Below, in pieces: positions 1 through 10,091 of a stretch of 56,248 bases of DNA. The position numbers were made by a program, and so were the translations under genes. Source of the stretch: a virus (taxonomy: Duplodnaviria > Caudoviricetes); IMG/VR virus record IMGVR_UViG_3300027917_000053, positions 1 through 56,248 of that record, one strand, 5' to 3'. The first letter of the stretch is position 1, and every line of letters starts with the position of its first letter. The notes below the pieces were generated by a model. The model searched no databases and was not told where the DNA came from. It saw only the letters and a program-made list of their open reading frames with translations.

Positions 1-687
1 ACAAGAAGGGATTGTATAGGAATAATTGATAATAGTGATAACTCCACGGTTGCAAACGAGTTAACGGATAGGACAAATTCTCATACATATAATAATTATT
101 ATATGTCACTCTTTTGCAACTTTAATAAGGTTTATGATAACTTCACTGGTCAGGATATGTGGGTTAGTCCGACTTGGCATGCTTCTTATTTATTACCAAG
201 AAATGATTCAGTGAGAGAAGTATGGGCAGGTTTTGTAGGATTCCCCGGAGGAACTTTGGATGGAATTAAAGAACTTCGATATAACCCAACTCTAAGTGAC
301 CGAGATGATATGTATTTGAAGCAACTTAACCCAATTGTTAAGTTCGCTCAGGGTTATGTATTCTGGGGTCAACTAACTTCCCAGTCCAAACCAAGTAGTT
401 TACAAGACCTTAATGTTGTTAGAATGATCCTTTATGTTAAAAAGGCATTGGAACAATATTGTAGATATTTTATTTTTGAGTTAAACGATGCTGAAACTTG
501 GGATAGAGTTGCTTCAGACATTACTTTATTCTTAGAAGACATTAAGCGAAGAAGAGGTTTGTATTCTTATGGTGTTGAAGTTGGGGCAACCGACTATGAA
601 CTTAAAACCAAACAGTTCCATGTCAATATTGAGCTTCAACCAATGAAATTAGTTGAAAAGATTAATTTGAATTTCTTTATTTTATAA
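1..687 (+). CDS. Contractile tail sheath protein, C-terminal part (5'-truncated by window edge)
   Basis: Frame is open from base 1 (TRRDCIGIIDN...). Sheath C-terminal motifs: LNPI, VFWGQLT, LQDLNVVRMILYVKKAL, FIFELND..TW, IKRRRGLY, VNIELQPMKLVEKINLNF. Confidence 0.9.
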   Translation, partial: TRRDCIGIIDNSDNSTVANELTDRTNSHTYNNYYMSLFCNFNKVYDNFTGQDMWVSPTWHASYLLPRNDSVREVWAGFVGFPGGTLDGIKELRYNPTLSDRDDMYLKQLNPIVKFAQGYVFWGQLTSQSKPSSLQDLNVVRMILYVKKALEQYCRYFIFELNDAETWDRVASDITLFLEDIKRRRGLYSYGVEVGATDYELKTKQFHVNIELQPMKLVEKINLNFFIL

Positions 688-699
688 ATTGTTCACCAA

Positions 700-753
700 C
701 CTTTTCCCTTTCCCTCTCTCTTTAATCTGTTTCTTGAGGGGGAAAGGGAAAGG
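700..753 (+). terminator. Long purine/pyrimidine hairpin after the sheath gene
   Basis: ccttttccctttccctctc ... gagggggaaagggaaagg inverted repeat 13 nt after the stop; weak U-tract. Confidence 0.5.
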
Positions 754-777
754 CCTCTTAAGAAAGAAGGAATTTTT

Positions 778-999
778 ATGTACGAACGAAATTTTATGGA
801 TAAAGTTTGTGGAGAATGTGTATTTTGGGATAATTGTTGTAGAAAAAATCCTCCAACCATCAATGAAGCAGGAACACCGATTTATAGTCCGGTTTCGTAT
901 AACCAAAAGGCATGTTCTAATTTTCAAGAAAAATCTAAACCTACTCTTATCCATGAGCAAATAGAAAACTATGAAACTTGGGGACATTTAAATGAATAG
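778..999 (+). CDS. Small Cys-containing hypothetical protein
   Basis: SD aagga upstream; CGECVFW...C pattern; overlaps the start of the next gene. Confidence 0.6.
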   Translation: MYERNFMDKVCGECVFWDNCCRKNPPTINEAGTPIYSPVSYNQKACSNFQEKSKPTLIHEQIENYETWGHLNE

Positions 1000-1231
1000 A
1001 ACTAAGGAGTCTATTTTTCCAGTTGACTCTGTGTCCAAAGAACCAATGGGACCATGCCAAAATCTTCCTAAATGTCCCTTATTTGAAAATATCCCTAGTC
1101 CAGAAGCAAGACATAGTATTCAAGAAGCTTATTGTAAAAAGAGATGGGATTTATGTAGAAGAAAACAAATGTCAGATCGTGGTGAAAAAGTTTCTCCTAC
1201 TATGCTACCTAATGGTAGAGAAATAGAATAA
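992..1231 (+). CDS. Small Cys-containing hypothetical protein
   Basis: C-x4-CPLF...YC...CRR...P.TMLPNG; coupled to the previous ORF. Confidence 0.6.
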   Translation: MNRTKESIFPVDSVSKEPMGPCQNLPKCPLFENIPSPEARHSIQEAYCKKRWDLCRRKQMSDRGEKVSPTMLPNGREIE

Positions 1232-1240
1232 TTAGAAATA

Positions 1241-1255
1241 TTGAACAAATAAATA
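1241..1255 (+). promoter_or_regulatory. Putative late promoter TTGAACAAATAAATA
   Basis: The same 12-mer TTGAACAAATAA lies upstream of the minus-strand structural operon (24202-24213); includes a TAAATA resembling T4 late promoters. Confidence 0.45.
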
Positions 1256-1297
1256 GTGAGATATTTATATATCACATAATTAAGGAGGTATATTAGC

Positions 1298-2026
1298 ATG
1301 CCAAGTTCTAACGCTTTTAATTCAGCAATAGTCAATCGCTTTTCTAGGAACTTTGGAGGTACAAATGTAGGTGTTGCTGATCCTTATTTAACTGGATATT
1401 TCTTTGTAGCCTTTACTCCGACAAGTATTTTCACTGAGATAGCAAAAAATATTGCTGGAGACGGAGTTATCAGTTTGGATGCTCCAAATATTCCTTTACT
1501 TCTCCAAGGGTGTTGTACTGGGGTGACTCCTCCAGGGGGAACATTGAATACAGTAGAATTCCCGGGTCTTGGTGGGATTAAATGGGGTGTTCCTGGAAAT
1601 ATCGATTACGGGACTACAGTAACTCTAAAATTTATGGAACTTCAAGGTCTTCCAATTTATCATGTAATGCATAATTGGTTTAAGATTATCAGAGACTATC
1701 GGTTTGGAGCAACTCGATTGCCTGATACCGATCAATCTGGTTATTCTAAAGGTAAATACGCAAGTGAACTTTATTATTGGACAACCGCCCCAGATGCACA
1801 AACGGTTGAGTATGCTGCGTGTTATGATGGTGTTTATCCAACTAAAGACCCAGCAGACTTATTCTCAAGTGATCTGGAGACAATTGGACGATTAGATGTA
1901 GAAATCGAATTTCATATTGACTACATTTGGTCAGAGAATTGGGTTTATACTAAGTGTCAGGAATTATCAACTAGAGTCAATGAAATTAGAGGTCAGATCG
2001 AAAATCGTTATGGATCTCATGGTTAA
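1298..2026 (+). CDS. Tail tube protein (T4 gp19-like)
   Basis: Follows the sheath; SD aaggagg; tube-like pattern (VTPPGGTLNTVEF, VTLKFME, W.K.I.D, YDGVYP, VEIEFHIDY). Confidence 0.75.
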   Translation: MPSSNAFNSAIVNRFSRNFGGTNVGVADPYLTGYFFVAFTPTSIFTEIAKNIAGDGVISLDAPNIPLLLQGCCTGVTPPGGTLNTVEFPGLGGIKWGVPGNIDYGTTVTLKFMELQGLPIYHVMHNWFKIIRDYRFGATRLPDTDQSGYSKGKYASELYYWTTAPDAQTVEYAACYDGVYPTKDPADLFSSDLETIGRLDVEIEFHIDYIWSENWVYTKCQELSTRVNEIRGQIENRYGSHG

Positions 2027-2032
2027 GGAATA

Positions 2033-3121
2033 ATGGATAAAAGAATTCTCGATACCTATCTTTTTTTAGACACCGCTAGAAAGACTTTAGCGGAGTTTTT
2101 CAATGATTTACCTACGAAAGAAGAACGATTCATTTTTAAGAAATTCATAATGAGCGAAGCAACTGACTTCGAAGTAATCCATTTATTATTTGAAGGAAAA
2201 TTACCTGAGAAAAAGAATGATTACATTATGGAGTCATTTTATTTAGATAGTTTAAGAAAGATAGGATCTATTTTCAATTTTGTACCTCTATGTGAATTTA
2301 ACTTATCATCTCAACCCGGAGTTATGAAATTTGTTTTTGAAAATAACTTAGTCTTAGAGCAAACTGATTCTGAGACTAAATTAAAACTTGAATTAGATAA
2401 GGCTAAGAGAGAATTAACTGACGAAAGGTCTAAACCTGGGACAACTAGAGAAAAAGTTGATTTAGCTGAGAAAAAAGTTAACTATGTTCAAGCTAAATTG
2501 AATAAGGCTAAAGCGAAAGAAAATCTCGTAGATGCTACGAAATCTGGAACTAATATCGAGAAAGCTCAGGCCCAAGTTGACCAGGCAGAAAACCAGGTTG
2601 ATTCCAGTCAGAGTGAACTTCAGTCAGCTAGAAAAAGTGTCACTACTATGGGCGGGAATATAGTAAGTGGTGGTGTTCAAATGGCAGGAACTCAGTATGC
2701 TGCTGAGAAATTTGGAAAAGTATTCCAAAAAGGTGGTACTATAGTAAAAGGTATGGTTAAGGGACTTTGGACAGGTGCTAAACAAGGATGGAATATTTTA
2801 AGACCATTATTGATTAAAGCATTAACTAATCCTTATACCCAAGTTGCTGCAGGTGCATTATTAGTAGTTTTATTGGCTTATGTTGCTAGAAAAGCATATT
2901 TAAGAGCATTTAAGCAAGCAGAAATGGCATGTAGAGGTTTATCAGGATCTGAGAAATCAGATTGCATTAGACGATATAAACTTAACGCATATAGACAACA
3001 ATTGAATAACCTTAAAGCAGGATTAGGGATGTGTAAATATTCTAAAAATCCTGATAAATGTTCAACTAAGGTTAGGAAAAAGATTGCTGATATTCAAAAT
3101 AAGATGTCAAAGATAGGATAA
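2033..3121 (+). CDS. NEATDY-family paralog 1 (putative virion protein)
   Basis: SEATDFEVIHL, VPLCEFNLSS, coiled coil, hydrophobic segment, C-terminal AC..L.G.EK..C / C..SKNP.KC module. Confidence 0.8.
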   Translation: MDKRILDTYLFLDTARKTLAEFFNDLPTKEERFIFKKFIMSEATDFEVIHLLFEGKLPEKKNDYIMESFYLDSLRKIGSIFNFVPLCEFNLSSQPGVMKFVFENNLVLEQTDSETKLKLELDKAKRELTDERSKPGTTREKVDLAEKKVNYVQAKLNKAKAKENLVDATKSGTNIEKAQAQVDQAENQVDSSQSELQSARKSVTTMGGNIVSGGVQMAGTQYAAEKFGKVFQKGGTIVKGMVKGLWTGAKQGWNILRPLLIKALTNPYTQVAAGALLVVLLAYVARKAYLRAFKQAEMACRGLSGSEKSDCIRRYKLNAYRQQLNNLKAGLGMCKYSKNPDKCSTKVRKKIADIQNKMSKIG

Positions 3122-3149
3122 TTATTTAATACTAGGAGGAGTCACAAAA

Positions 3150-4382
3150 ATGACACTACAAGAATCTTATCAATTTATGGCTATAGCAAGAAAGACTCTT
3201 TCTGAAATGGTCATGATGGATGAAAGTATTACTCAGAAAGAGAAAACGGAAACTTCAGATTTCTTACTCAACGAAGCAACTGATTACGAAATTCTTCATT
3301 TATTAGTTACCCAAAAACTTCCCCATCAAAAATATAACACTGAGGGAGAAATCCTTTGTATGGGTTATGTTAATAATTTTCTTGAAGAAAATAAGGAATT
3401 ATTTGATGGAATGGGAGTTGTGTTGAATGAAATGGCTCCTCTTAGTTTTTGGAATATGTCATCTCAACCCGCAGTTGCTCAATTTATGTTAGAGAATGAC
3501 TTAATTAGTGAAAGAATCTATGGAAGTAAGATAGTTAAGGATATCCCCGAATATACTAAAGAAAAAGTAGGAGCGGGGGTTAGAGCGGTTAAAAGAGGGG
3601 CAGAAAAAGTTGAAACTAGAATATCTCAAAAAATGCCTTGGTATAAGAAAACCGCTGGAGAAAAACTTAGTGCTGCTGGAGCAAAAGGAAAAGAAATTGG
3701 TGGTGCTGTAGCAGAAAAGGGAAAAGGTTTTATACAGAGTTTTTTGGATAAAATTGATGCTCTAAAAGAACGTCATAAAATCACTTTAGATACTATTAAT
3801 AGAGCAGAAATCAAGAAAAAAATGCATGCGACTGAATTAGCTAATGCAACCGATCCTGCCCAAAAAGCAAGGATTCAAAAGCTGATTGCTAATCAGGATC
3901 GAATTATTTCGATGGCCAAAGAAAATGCTCAGAAGATCACCAAGGCCATATGGGATGTTCAACAAAAAATGGCTGCTGCTAGGAAAAAAGCGAGTCAATT
4001 AGCCCAAGCAGGTAAAGCAAAAGTACAACAAGCATATACTCAAGCAAAACCTAAGGTTCAAGCAGCTTTAGGGAAGGCAAAAGAATTTGCTGGTCAACAT
4101 AAACTTGCTGTTGGTGCTGGACTTTTAGGAAGTGCTTTAGCTTTAGCCGCATGGAAAAAGTATAAGGCTTATAAAACTAGGTATTCTAAAGCATGCGGAA
4201 ACTTGACCGGAGAAGCCAAAAAAGCATGTGAGAGAAAAGCAAATATCGCTGCTATTAATGCCCAAATTTCTGGACTTAAAGCAGGTTTAAGTAAATGTAA
4301 TCAGGATAAGAACCCAGAGAAATGTAGGAAACTTATTGGGAATCAGATTGCTAAACTTCAGAAGAAGTTGACTAAGATTTAA
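3150..4382 (+). CDS. NEATDY-family paralog 2
   Basis: NEATDYEILHL; long Lys/Ala-rich middle; hydrophobic segment; Cys-rich C-terminus. Confidence 0.8.
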   Translation: MTLQESYQFMAIARKTLSEMVMMDESITQKEKTETSDFLLNEATDYEILHLLVTQKLPHQKYNTEGEILCMGYVNNFLEENKELFDGMGVVLNEMAPLSFWNMSSQPAVAQFMLENDLISERIYGSKIVKDIPEYTKEKVGAGVRAVKRGAEKVETRISQKMPWYKKTAGEKLSAAGAKGKEIGGAVAEKGKGFIQSFLDKIDALKERHKITLDTINRAEIKKKMHATELANATDPAQKARIQKLIANQDRIISMAKENAQKITKAIWDVQQKMAAARKKASQLAQAGKAKVQQAYTQAKPKVQAALGKAKEFAGQHKLAVGAGLLGSALALAAWKKYKAYKTRYSKACGNLTGEAKKACERKANIAAINAQISGLKAGLSKCNQDKNPEKCRKLIGNQIAKLQKKLTKI

Positions 4383-4396
4383 AGGGGTCTATACTT

Positions 4397-4945
4397 ATGA
4401 AAGAAGAAATTCTTAACTCTAAAATCTTTCTTGCTTGTTGTAGAAAGACTTTGGCAAACATGGTTCCTAGTCAAAAGAATTTTTTAATGAACGAAGCAAC
4501 GAATTATCAAATTCTCCATATGATATATGAAAATACAGTTCCTTCTCAAAAAGAATGCTCTATACTTGAGAATGCTTATATAACTAAATCGAATATTATA
4601 GTATCTGAATTATTAGAACAATACTATGGAAGTAATGTGCATGTGGTAAAGAAGCCAATTAACTTAACGAACTTTCTTACTGTAGCAGCAATATCTTACA
4701 TTGTAACGATGTTGATAATTAGACATAAACGTAAATCTTTTATGAAAAAAGATAAATGTAAAGGTCTAAAAGGCCCAAGTTTACAAGCATGCAAGAACCA
4801 AAAACGAATTTCTGATATAAAAGCGAGAATTAAAGCATATGAGAAAGGAAAGTCTCTTTGTAATAGGACTAAAAACCCTGAGAAGTGTAAAAGTACTTTT
4901 GATAAAAAGATTGCCAAACTAAAAGTTGAGTTAGCTAAGATTTAA
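4397..4945 (+). CDS. NEATDY-family paralog 3
   Basis: NEATNYQILH; TM segment FLTVAAISYIVTMLII; C-terminal Cys module. Confidence 0.8.
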   Translation: MKEEILNSKIFLACCRKTLANMVPSQKNFLMNEATNYQILHMIYENTVPSQKECSILENAYITKSNIIVSELLEQYYGSNVHVVKKPINLTNFLTVAAISYIVTMLIIRHKRKSFMKKDKCKGLKGPSLQACKNQKRISDIKARIKAYEKGKSLCNRTKNPEKCKSTFDKKIAKLKVELAKI

Positions 4946-4972
4946 CCCTAACTATATGAGGAGAAAAGAGAA

Positions 4973-5713
4973 ATGGTATCAAAAAATGTTATAGAGACTA
5001 TTAAGTTTTTAACCTGTTGTAGGAAAGAATTGGCTGAAAATAGTCCCTCTAAAGCAAACTTTTATCTCAAAGAAGCAACCGATTATCAAATTTTAAGTAT
5101 GATTTTTGAGGACAGACTTCCTAGTGAAAAGAATGATCCCATTCTTGAGTCTGCTTATATAGTTAAAGCTAATATGGGTCTTTCTGAACTTTTAGATAAT
5201 GTTAATTTAGAAAAAGATGGATTTGTCCCTCTTTGTGAATTTGGATTGACTTCAAACCCTGTAGTTTTGAAATATTTGGTTGAGAATGATATTGTCTCGG
5301 AGGCATTTCCTGGATACGAAAAAACTAAGGGTTTTATAAAAGATGTGAAAAGATCGAAGGCAATGTATGATGCTCTAGGTAGAATTCCTTGGCTTGGACC
5401 AAAAATTCAGAAAGATTTTCGAAAAACTGGGGAAGCAATATTAGGTGTTACCGCATTGATGGGTCTAGCTGGATATTTAATGGGAAAAGCTATAGAGAAA
5501 GATTTTAGCAAAGCTAAAGTGATATGTTCTAAATTCGAAGGAGAAGAAAGAAAGGCTTGTTATAGGAAATTCAAAATCGATTCTTATAAGACTCAAATTT
5601 CTCTTCTCCAGAAACTGAAATCTAACTGTTCTAAATCTAATGATCCTAAGAAATGCTCAGCTAAACTGGATGCTAAAATCTCTAAGATTAAAGCTAAGAT
5701 GGTTAAAGCTTAA
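4973..5713 (+). CDS. NEATDY-family paralog 4
   Basis: KEATDYQIL; VPLCEFGLTSNP; TM; Cys module. Confidence 0.8.
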   Translation: MVSKNVIETIKFLTCCRKELAENSPSKANFYLKEATDYQILSMIFEDRLPSEKNDPILESAYIVKANMGLSELLDNVNLEKDGFVPLCEFGLTSNPVVLKYLVENDIVSEAFPGYEKTKGFIKDVKRSKAMYDALGRIPWLGPKIQKDFRKTGEAILGVTALMGLAGYLMGKAIEKDFSKAKVICSKFEGEERKACYRKFKIDSYKTQISLLQKLKSNCSKSNDPKKCSAKLDAKISKIKAKMVKA

Positions 5714-5728
5714 GAAAGGTTTTTAAAA

Positions 5729-5902
5729 ATGGGACGAAGCAGAGTTACTATGGGTAGACTAAAGGCAAATTTAAATATCCAAATACTTGATCGTGGGAGA
5801 AAAAAAGTATTTGGGGGGAGATTTGTCCACGGTTCCCATAAGAAGAGAAGTCCAACTGATATTACTAAATCTAGGAAATTAAAAGGGGTAAAGTTTGGAT
5901 AA
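5729..5902 (+). CDS. Small basic protein, 57 aa (not in ORF track)
   Basis: ATG 5729 to TAA 5902, MGRSRVTMGRLKANLNIQILDRGRKKVFGG...; fills the gap between paralogs 4 and 5. Confidence 0.55.
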   Translation: MGRSRVTMGRLKANLNIQILDRGRKKVFGGRFVHGSHKKRSPTDITKSRKLKGVKFG

Positions 5903-5935
5903 TTTACCTCTTTTTTAAAGTGGGAGAATCATAGT

Positions 5936-6652
5936 ATGAAAGAAAACATTTTAGAGACTATTTCCTTTCTTACATGTTGTAGGGAAGTATTATGTGATAG
6001 TATTGATAAGTTAGATTTAACTGGATCCCAGAAAAAATCAGGGAGACGTTTTCTTACTAAAGAAGCAACTGACTATCAGATTCTACATTTAATATATGAA
6101 GGTAAATTCCCAGAAGATAAGAATAATAAACTTCGTGAAACAATATATATTAAGAAATCTAATGAATTAATTAACGAGTTTGAAATTCTCCCTAAAACTA
6201 AAGTTGAGTTTATTCCCTTATGTGAAATAGGACTTACTTCGAATCCAATAATTCTTAATTTTTTAGTTGAGACTGATTTTTGGGGTCGTGAGGGATTATT
6301 TAAAAAAATACTTACAGGAAAAACTAACTTCAGTCAGGAAGATCTAGATAAATTAACGGCAACAGCAAATATTGGTGGAACTGCTCTTTTAGCACTATTA
6401 GTGTATCTGGGGGTTAAAGCTGCTAAACTTTATAGTACTAAAGCAAAAAGGGCATGTTCTCACTTAAAAGGTAAGGAAAGAGAAGATTGTATTAAGAAGT
6501 TTAGAATTAATGCTTTAAAGGTAAAAATAGCTATTTTACAAAGAGGAAAGTCTAAGTGTTCTAAAACTAAGAATCCTCAAGAATGTAAAAATGCTATTGA
6601 CAATAAGATAGATAAGATAAGACTCAGACTTAGAGCACTAGAAAATAAGTAG
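5936..6652 (+). CDS. NEATDY-family paralog 5
   Basis: KEATDYQILHLIYEG; highly similar to the next gene. Confidence 0.8.
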   Translation: MKENILETISFLTCCREVLCDSIDKLDLTGSQKKSGRRFLTKEATDYQILHLIYEGKFPEDKNNKLRETIYIKKSNELINEFEILPKTKVEFIPLCEIGLTSNPIILNFLVETDFWGREGLFKKILTGKTNFSQEDLDKLTATANIGGTALLALLVYLGVKAAKLYSTKAKRACSHLKGKEREDCIKKFRINALKVKIAILQRGKSKCSKTKNPQECKNAIDNKIDKIRLRLRALENK

Positions 6653-6682
6653 CATTTTTATCCTTAAAAAGGAGTTCATAGT

Positions 6683-7399
6683 ATGAAAGAAAACATTTTA
6701 GATACTATTTCATTTCTAACTTGTTGCCGAGAAACTTTATGTGATATAGTCGATAAGTTAGATTTAACTCAATTTCAAAAAAACTCTGGTAAACTTTTCC
6801 TTACGAATGAAGCGACTGATTTCCAAATACTCCATTTAATATATGAAGGTAAGTTACCTAAAACTGAAAATGATAAGAATCTTGAATCAAAGTATATAGA
6901 ATTATCAAATCGAATGATGCATGAATTTGAAACTCTACATAAATCTAAGGTGGAGTTTGTTCCATTAAGCGAATTTAAACTAACTTCAAACCCATCAGTT
7001 CTTGGATTTTTAGTAGAGAATAATTTAGTTAGTGAAAAATTAAAGCTTCGAACACCTTGGTCAACCGGCCCAACTCCAGAAGAAGCAAAAAGAGCAGGAA
7101 AATTCATGCTTGGAGCAACTGCGATTTTAGCAGGATTAGGATTTCTAGCAACTAAGGCGGCTAAACGCTATTTGACTCAAGCAGGAAGAACTTGTGGTCA
7201 TTTAAAATTCAAGGAAAAGCAAGAGTGTATTAAGAAATTTAAAGTTAATGCTTTAAAGGCTAAAATTAGTATTTTAGAGCGGGGAAAGTCTAAATGCGCT
7301 AAATGTAAAGATCCAGAGAAATGTAGACTTGCTATTGACGATAAGATAGATAAAGTTAATGCTCAAATCAAAGCATTAGAAAGACCCGAGGTGGGATAG
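6683..7399 (+). CDS. NEATDY-family paralog 6
   Basis: Recent duplicate of paralog 5 (MKENIL.TISFLTCCRE, similar at DNA level). Confidence 0.8.
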   Translation: MKENILDTISFLTCCRETLCDIVDKLDLTQFQKNSGKLFLTNEATDFQILHLIYEGKLPKTENDKNLESKYIELSNRMMHEFETLHKSKVEFVPLSEFKLTSNPSVLGFLVENNLVSEKLKLRTPWSTGPTPEEAKRAGKFMLGATAILAGLGFLATKAAKRYLTQAGRTCGHLKFKEKQECIKKFKVNALKAKISILERGKSKCAKCKDPEKCRLAIDDKIDKVNAQIKALERPEVG

Positions 7400-7400
7400 G

Positions 7401-8264
7401 ATGGATAATCTTTTCACCTTTTCTTGTAGAGAAGCACTTCTTTTAATGATTAAGGATATGAATGTATCTAAATCTGATAAATTAAAGATGTTTAACTTTG
7501 TAGTAAATGAAGCAACTGATTATCAGATTCTCCATATGGTATATGAAGATTGTTTACCTGAAAAAAAGAACGATATAATTTTAGAAAATGCTTATTTGAA
7601 GAAATCTATCTTAGTCTTAGAGAATACATTCCTTTTGGAGAAAAGAAATACTTCCGCTTCTGAATACCTTAAAAATTCTATAGATAAATTAAAAGAATTA
7701 AGTCATAATATAATGAATGAACTTCGTTATTCTAGCGACGAAATTCTGAGACTAAATGCTAAGGCAGATGAAGTATCAAAAAAACTTAAGGGAGAGTCTA
7801 ATCCAGGAGTAAAAGAAAGATACAAAAAAGAATTAGATAGATTGACGGATTTAACTATTGATTATATAGCTCGAAAGGAAGGTTTACTTGCTAGAAACCG
7901 AGATATTAGTGAAAAAATGTTTGAGTTGGGGCAAGAATTAGATAATGCTAAAAAATACGATATCTCTTATGGAAGATATAAAATAGCTACTAATGTTGCT
8001 ATTGGAGCTTTAGTAGCAGGAATTATAGCTCTTTCATGGAAAATTTATAAGAATCGTTTTTCCAAAGCAGCTAGAGCATGTAAAGGTTTAAAAGGTTGGA
8101 AAAAAGATGAATGTATGGAAAAGTTTAAAAATGATGCTTTAAAGGCAAGAATTGCTGCTATTAAGAGTCAAATGTCGAAATGTTCTAAGTCTAGCAATCC
8201 AGAGAAATGTAAGAGATTACTAAATGCTAAAATCTCTAAATTAGAAGCAAAGATTAAGAAATAA
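7401..8264 (+). CDS. NEATDY-family paralog 7
   Basis: NEATDYQILH; coiled coil; TM; Cys module. Confidence 0.8.
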   Translation: MDNLFTFSCREALLLMIKDMNVSKSDKLKMFNFVVNEATDYQILHMVYEDCLPEKKNDIILENAYLKKSILVLENTFLLEKRNTSASEYLKNSIDKLKELSHNIMNELRYSSDEILRLNAKADEVSKKLKGESNPGVKERYKKELDRLTDLTIDYIARKEGLLARNRDISEKMFELGQELDNAKKYDISYGRYKIATNVAIGALVAGIIALSWKIYKNRFSKAARACKGLKGWKKDECMEKFKNDALKARIAAIKSQMSKCSKSSNPEKCKRLLNAKISKLEAKIKK

Positions 8265-8270
8265 GGAGAA

Positions 8271-9017
8271 TTGATAATGGACAATCTTTTAGATAGCTAC
8301 TTGTTTATGTCTTCTTGTAGAGAAGTGGTTTCTATTTGTGTTGAGAATTCAAAATTGTCTAAAACTGAGAAAAATGAAGTTATAAACTTTATTCTCAAAG
8401 AAGCAACCGACTACCAAGTATTATCTCTTTTAATAGAGAATAAAATTCCCAAAAAGAAATACCATAATCTCAAAGAAATGATTTACTTATATATATGCAA
8501 TGAATCTTTAAGAATGGTTGAGAATGAATATGGGGTAACTAAACATACTGAATTAGTTCCTTTATTTGAGTATAATATGTCTTCCAATCCAACTATAGCT
8601 AAGTATATGGTTGAGAATAATCTTTTGGAAACGACTGAAAAAGGTGTTGAATATAAATATGTCGAACAGTTAGTAAATCCTAAGAAGGAGTCTAAAGTTA
8701 AAAAACTTGGAGACCAAATCCGAAAAACTAAAGGTGGTTCTTGGATTGCTGCAGGTGTTGTTGGACTTGCGACTGGAGCCATAGCAGCAGGAATTATCTT
8801 TGGTGCTAGGAAGTTAGCCGAAAAACTTAAGGAAAAGTATAAAGATAAAGGTAAGAAAGTTCCCCCCGAAGTAGTAAAGAAGTCAATTCAAGCGCAAATT
8901 AGAGCTTTAACTTCTTCTTTACATCTTTGTAATAAATCAAAAGAACCAGCTAAATGTCGAGCAATTGTTCTTAAGAAAGTAGGTAAACTCAAAGAGAAAC
9001 TTTCTAAGATTAAGTAG
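8271..9017 (+). CDS. NEATDY-family paralog 8
   Basis: KEATDYQVL; VPLFEYNMSSNP; TM; C..SKEP.KC. Start may be ATG 8277. Confidence 0.8.
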   Translation: MIMDNLLDSYLFMSSCREVVSICVENSKLSKTEKNEVINFILKEATDYQVLSLLIENKIPKKKYHNLKEMIYLYICNESLRMVENEYGVTKHTELVPLFEYNMSSNPTIAKYMVENNLLETTEKGVEYKYVEQLVNPKKESKVKKLGDQIRKTKGGSWIAAGVVGLATGAIAAGIIFGARKLAEKLKEKYKDKGKKVPPEVVKKSIQAQIRALTSSLHLCNKSKEPAKCRAIVLKKVGKLKEKLSKIK

Positions 9018-9109
9018 ATATTTATATAGAGTCAAGCAGCACTAAAAGGTTATAAATCATTTTAGATAAGGGATTGAATTAAACCAATCTTTAAAAGGAG
9101 ATAGAGGAA

Positions 9110-9916
9110 ATGTTTAAAGGTTACGAAAACATTGCTTTACCCGAATATGAAGTAATAACACCACAAACTTTACTCTCATTTACTGTCAGAAGTATGACGG
9201 TTCAAGAAGAGGAAAGGCTAAAATCAAGTTTAGTCACTCCTACCAAAATTACCGAACATTTGAATAGATGTATCTATGATCTCATAGTAAGGAAACCTGA
9301 AGAAATAGTTGACTTCAAAGCATTTGAGCGATTATTGACTACTAAAGATAGAGAAGCCTTATTATTTGGTATTTATCATACTACTTACGATGAGTTAAGG
9401 AATTATGATATCACTTGTAAAGAATGTGATAAAGTATATCCAGTTACGGTAAAAGCAACTTCTACCTTTAATATAGAACTTTTTCCAGAGGGGCAAAAGG
9501 TTTTGGATGTAAAAGTTCCTATAGATTTAAAAATCTTAAAGGGTGTTAAAGTTACTATTAAGCAACCTAGTTTAGCAGATGAAATGGATGTTCTTTCGGC
9601 TTTTAGCTCAAGTAAAAATAGCGAGGTAGTAACTGATAGTATTCCTGTTGAAAAGATTGAGCAAATTATTCCTAGTAAACAAGGTGAAAAGGAAAAACCA
9701 CCTTCTGTTTGGACTGAACGTCATGATATTATAGATGCTATAATGGCAATGCCTCCATCCGATAGAAGGTTAATAAATAAAGAGTATGAAGACAATTTTG
9801 GGAAATATAGTATAAGTCTCAAAATGAAGTCTTATTGTCCATTTTGTAGGGCAGAGCAGGATTCAAATATTGATTTGGTAACACAATTTTTTCGTATGGT
9901 GTACGGATCCGCGTAG
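9110..9916 (+). CDS. Baseplate hub assembly protein / tail chaperone (T4 gp26-like)
   Basis: LPEYEV..P, VRSMTVQEE, DREALL, two CxxC motifs, ends ...QFF; located before the gp25-like gene. Confidence 0.7.
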   Translation: MFKGYENIALPEYEVITPQTLLSFTVRSMTVQEEERLKSSLVTPTKITEHLNRCIYDLIVRKPEEIVDFKAFERLLTTKDREALLFGIYHTTYDELRNYDITCKECDKVYPVTVKATSTFNIELFPEGQKVLDVKVPIDLKILKGVKVTIKQPSLADEMDVLSAFSSSKNSEVVTDSIPVEKIEQIIPSKQGEKEKPPSVWTERHDIIDAIMAMPPSDRRLINKEYEDNFGKYSISLKMKSYCPFCRAEQDSNIDLVTQFFRMVYGSA

Positions 9917-9962
9917 AATCGAAGAATACCGAAAGGTACTTTCTGACAATATCTTCGCGGCT

Positions 9963-10091
9963 ATGGAGTTGATGCATCTTCAATATTCTGAAGTTATGTG
10001 TATGCCAGTAAAAAGGTTTTATGATATGTTGGAATGGAAAACTAAACTTGAAGATGAGAAAAAGAAACTTTTACAGGAGAAAAAGACTTGA
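9963..10091 (+). CDS. gp51-like small hub chaperone (not in ORF track; possibly expressed as a frameshift extension of the upstream gene)
   Basis: YSEVMCMPVKRFYDMLEW pattern; frame open from 9882; stop overlaps the TTG start of the next gene (TTGA). Confidence 0.55.
   Translation: MELMHLQYSEVMCMPVKRFYDMLEWKTKLEDEKKKLLQEKKT

Noticed and set aside
682-987. Overlapping ORFs 682-987 (-), 689-964 (+), 1023-1226 (+) and 1129-1335 (-)
   Set aside because: Shadow frames over a hairpin and over better-supported genes with SD sites.
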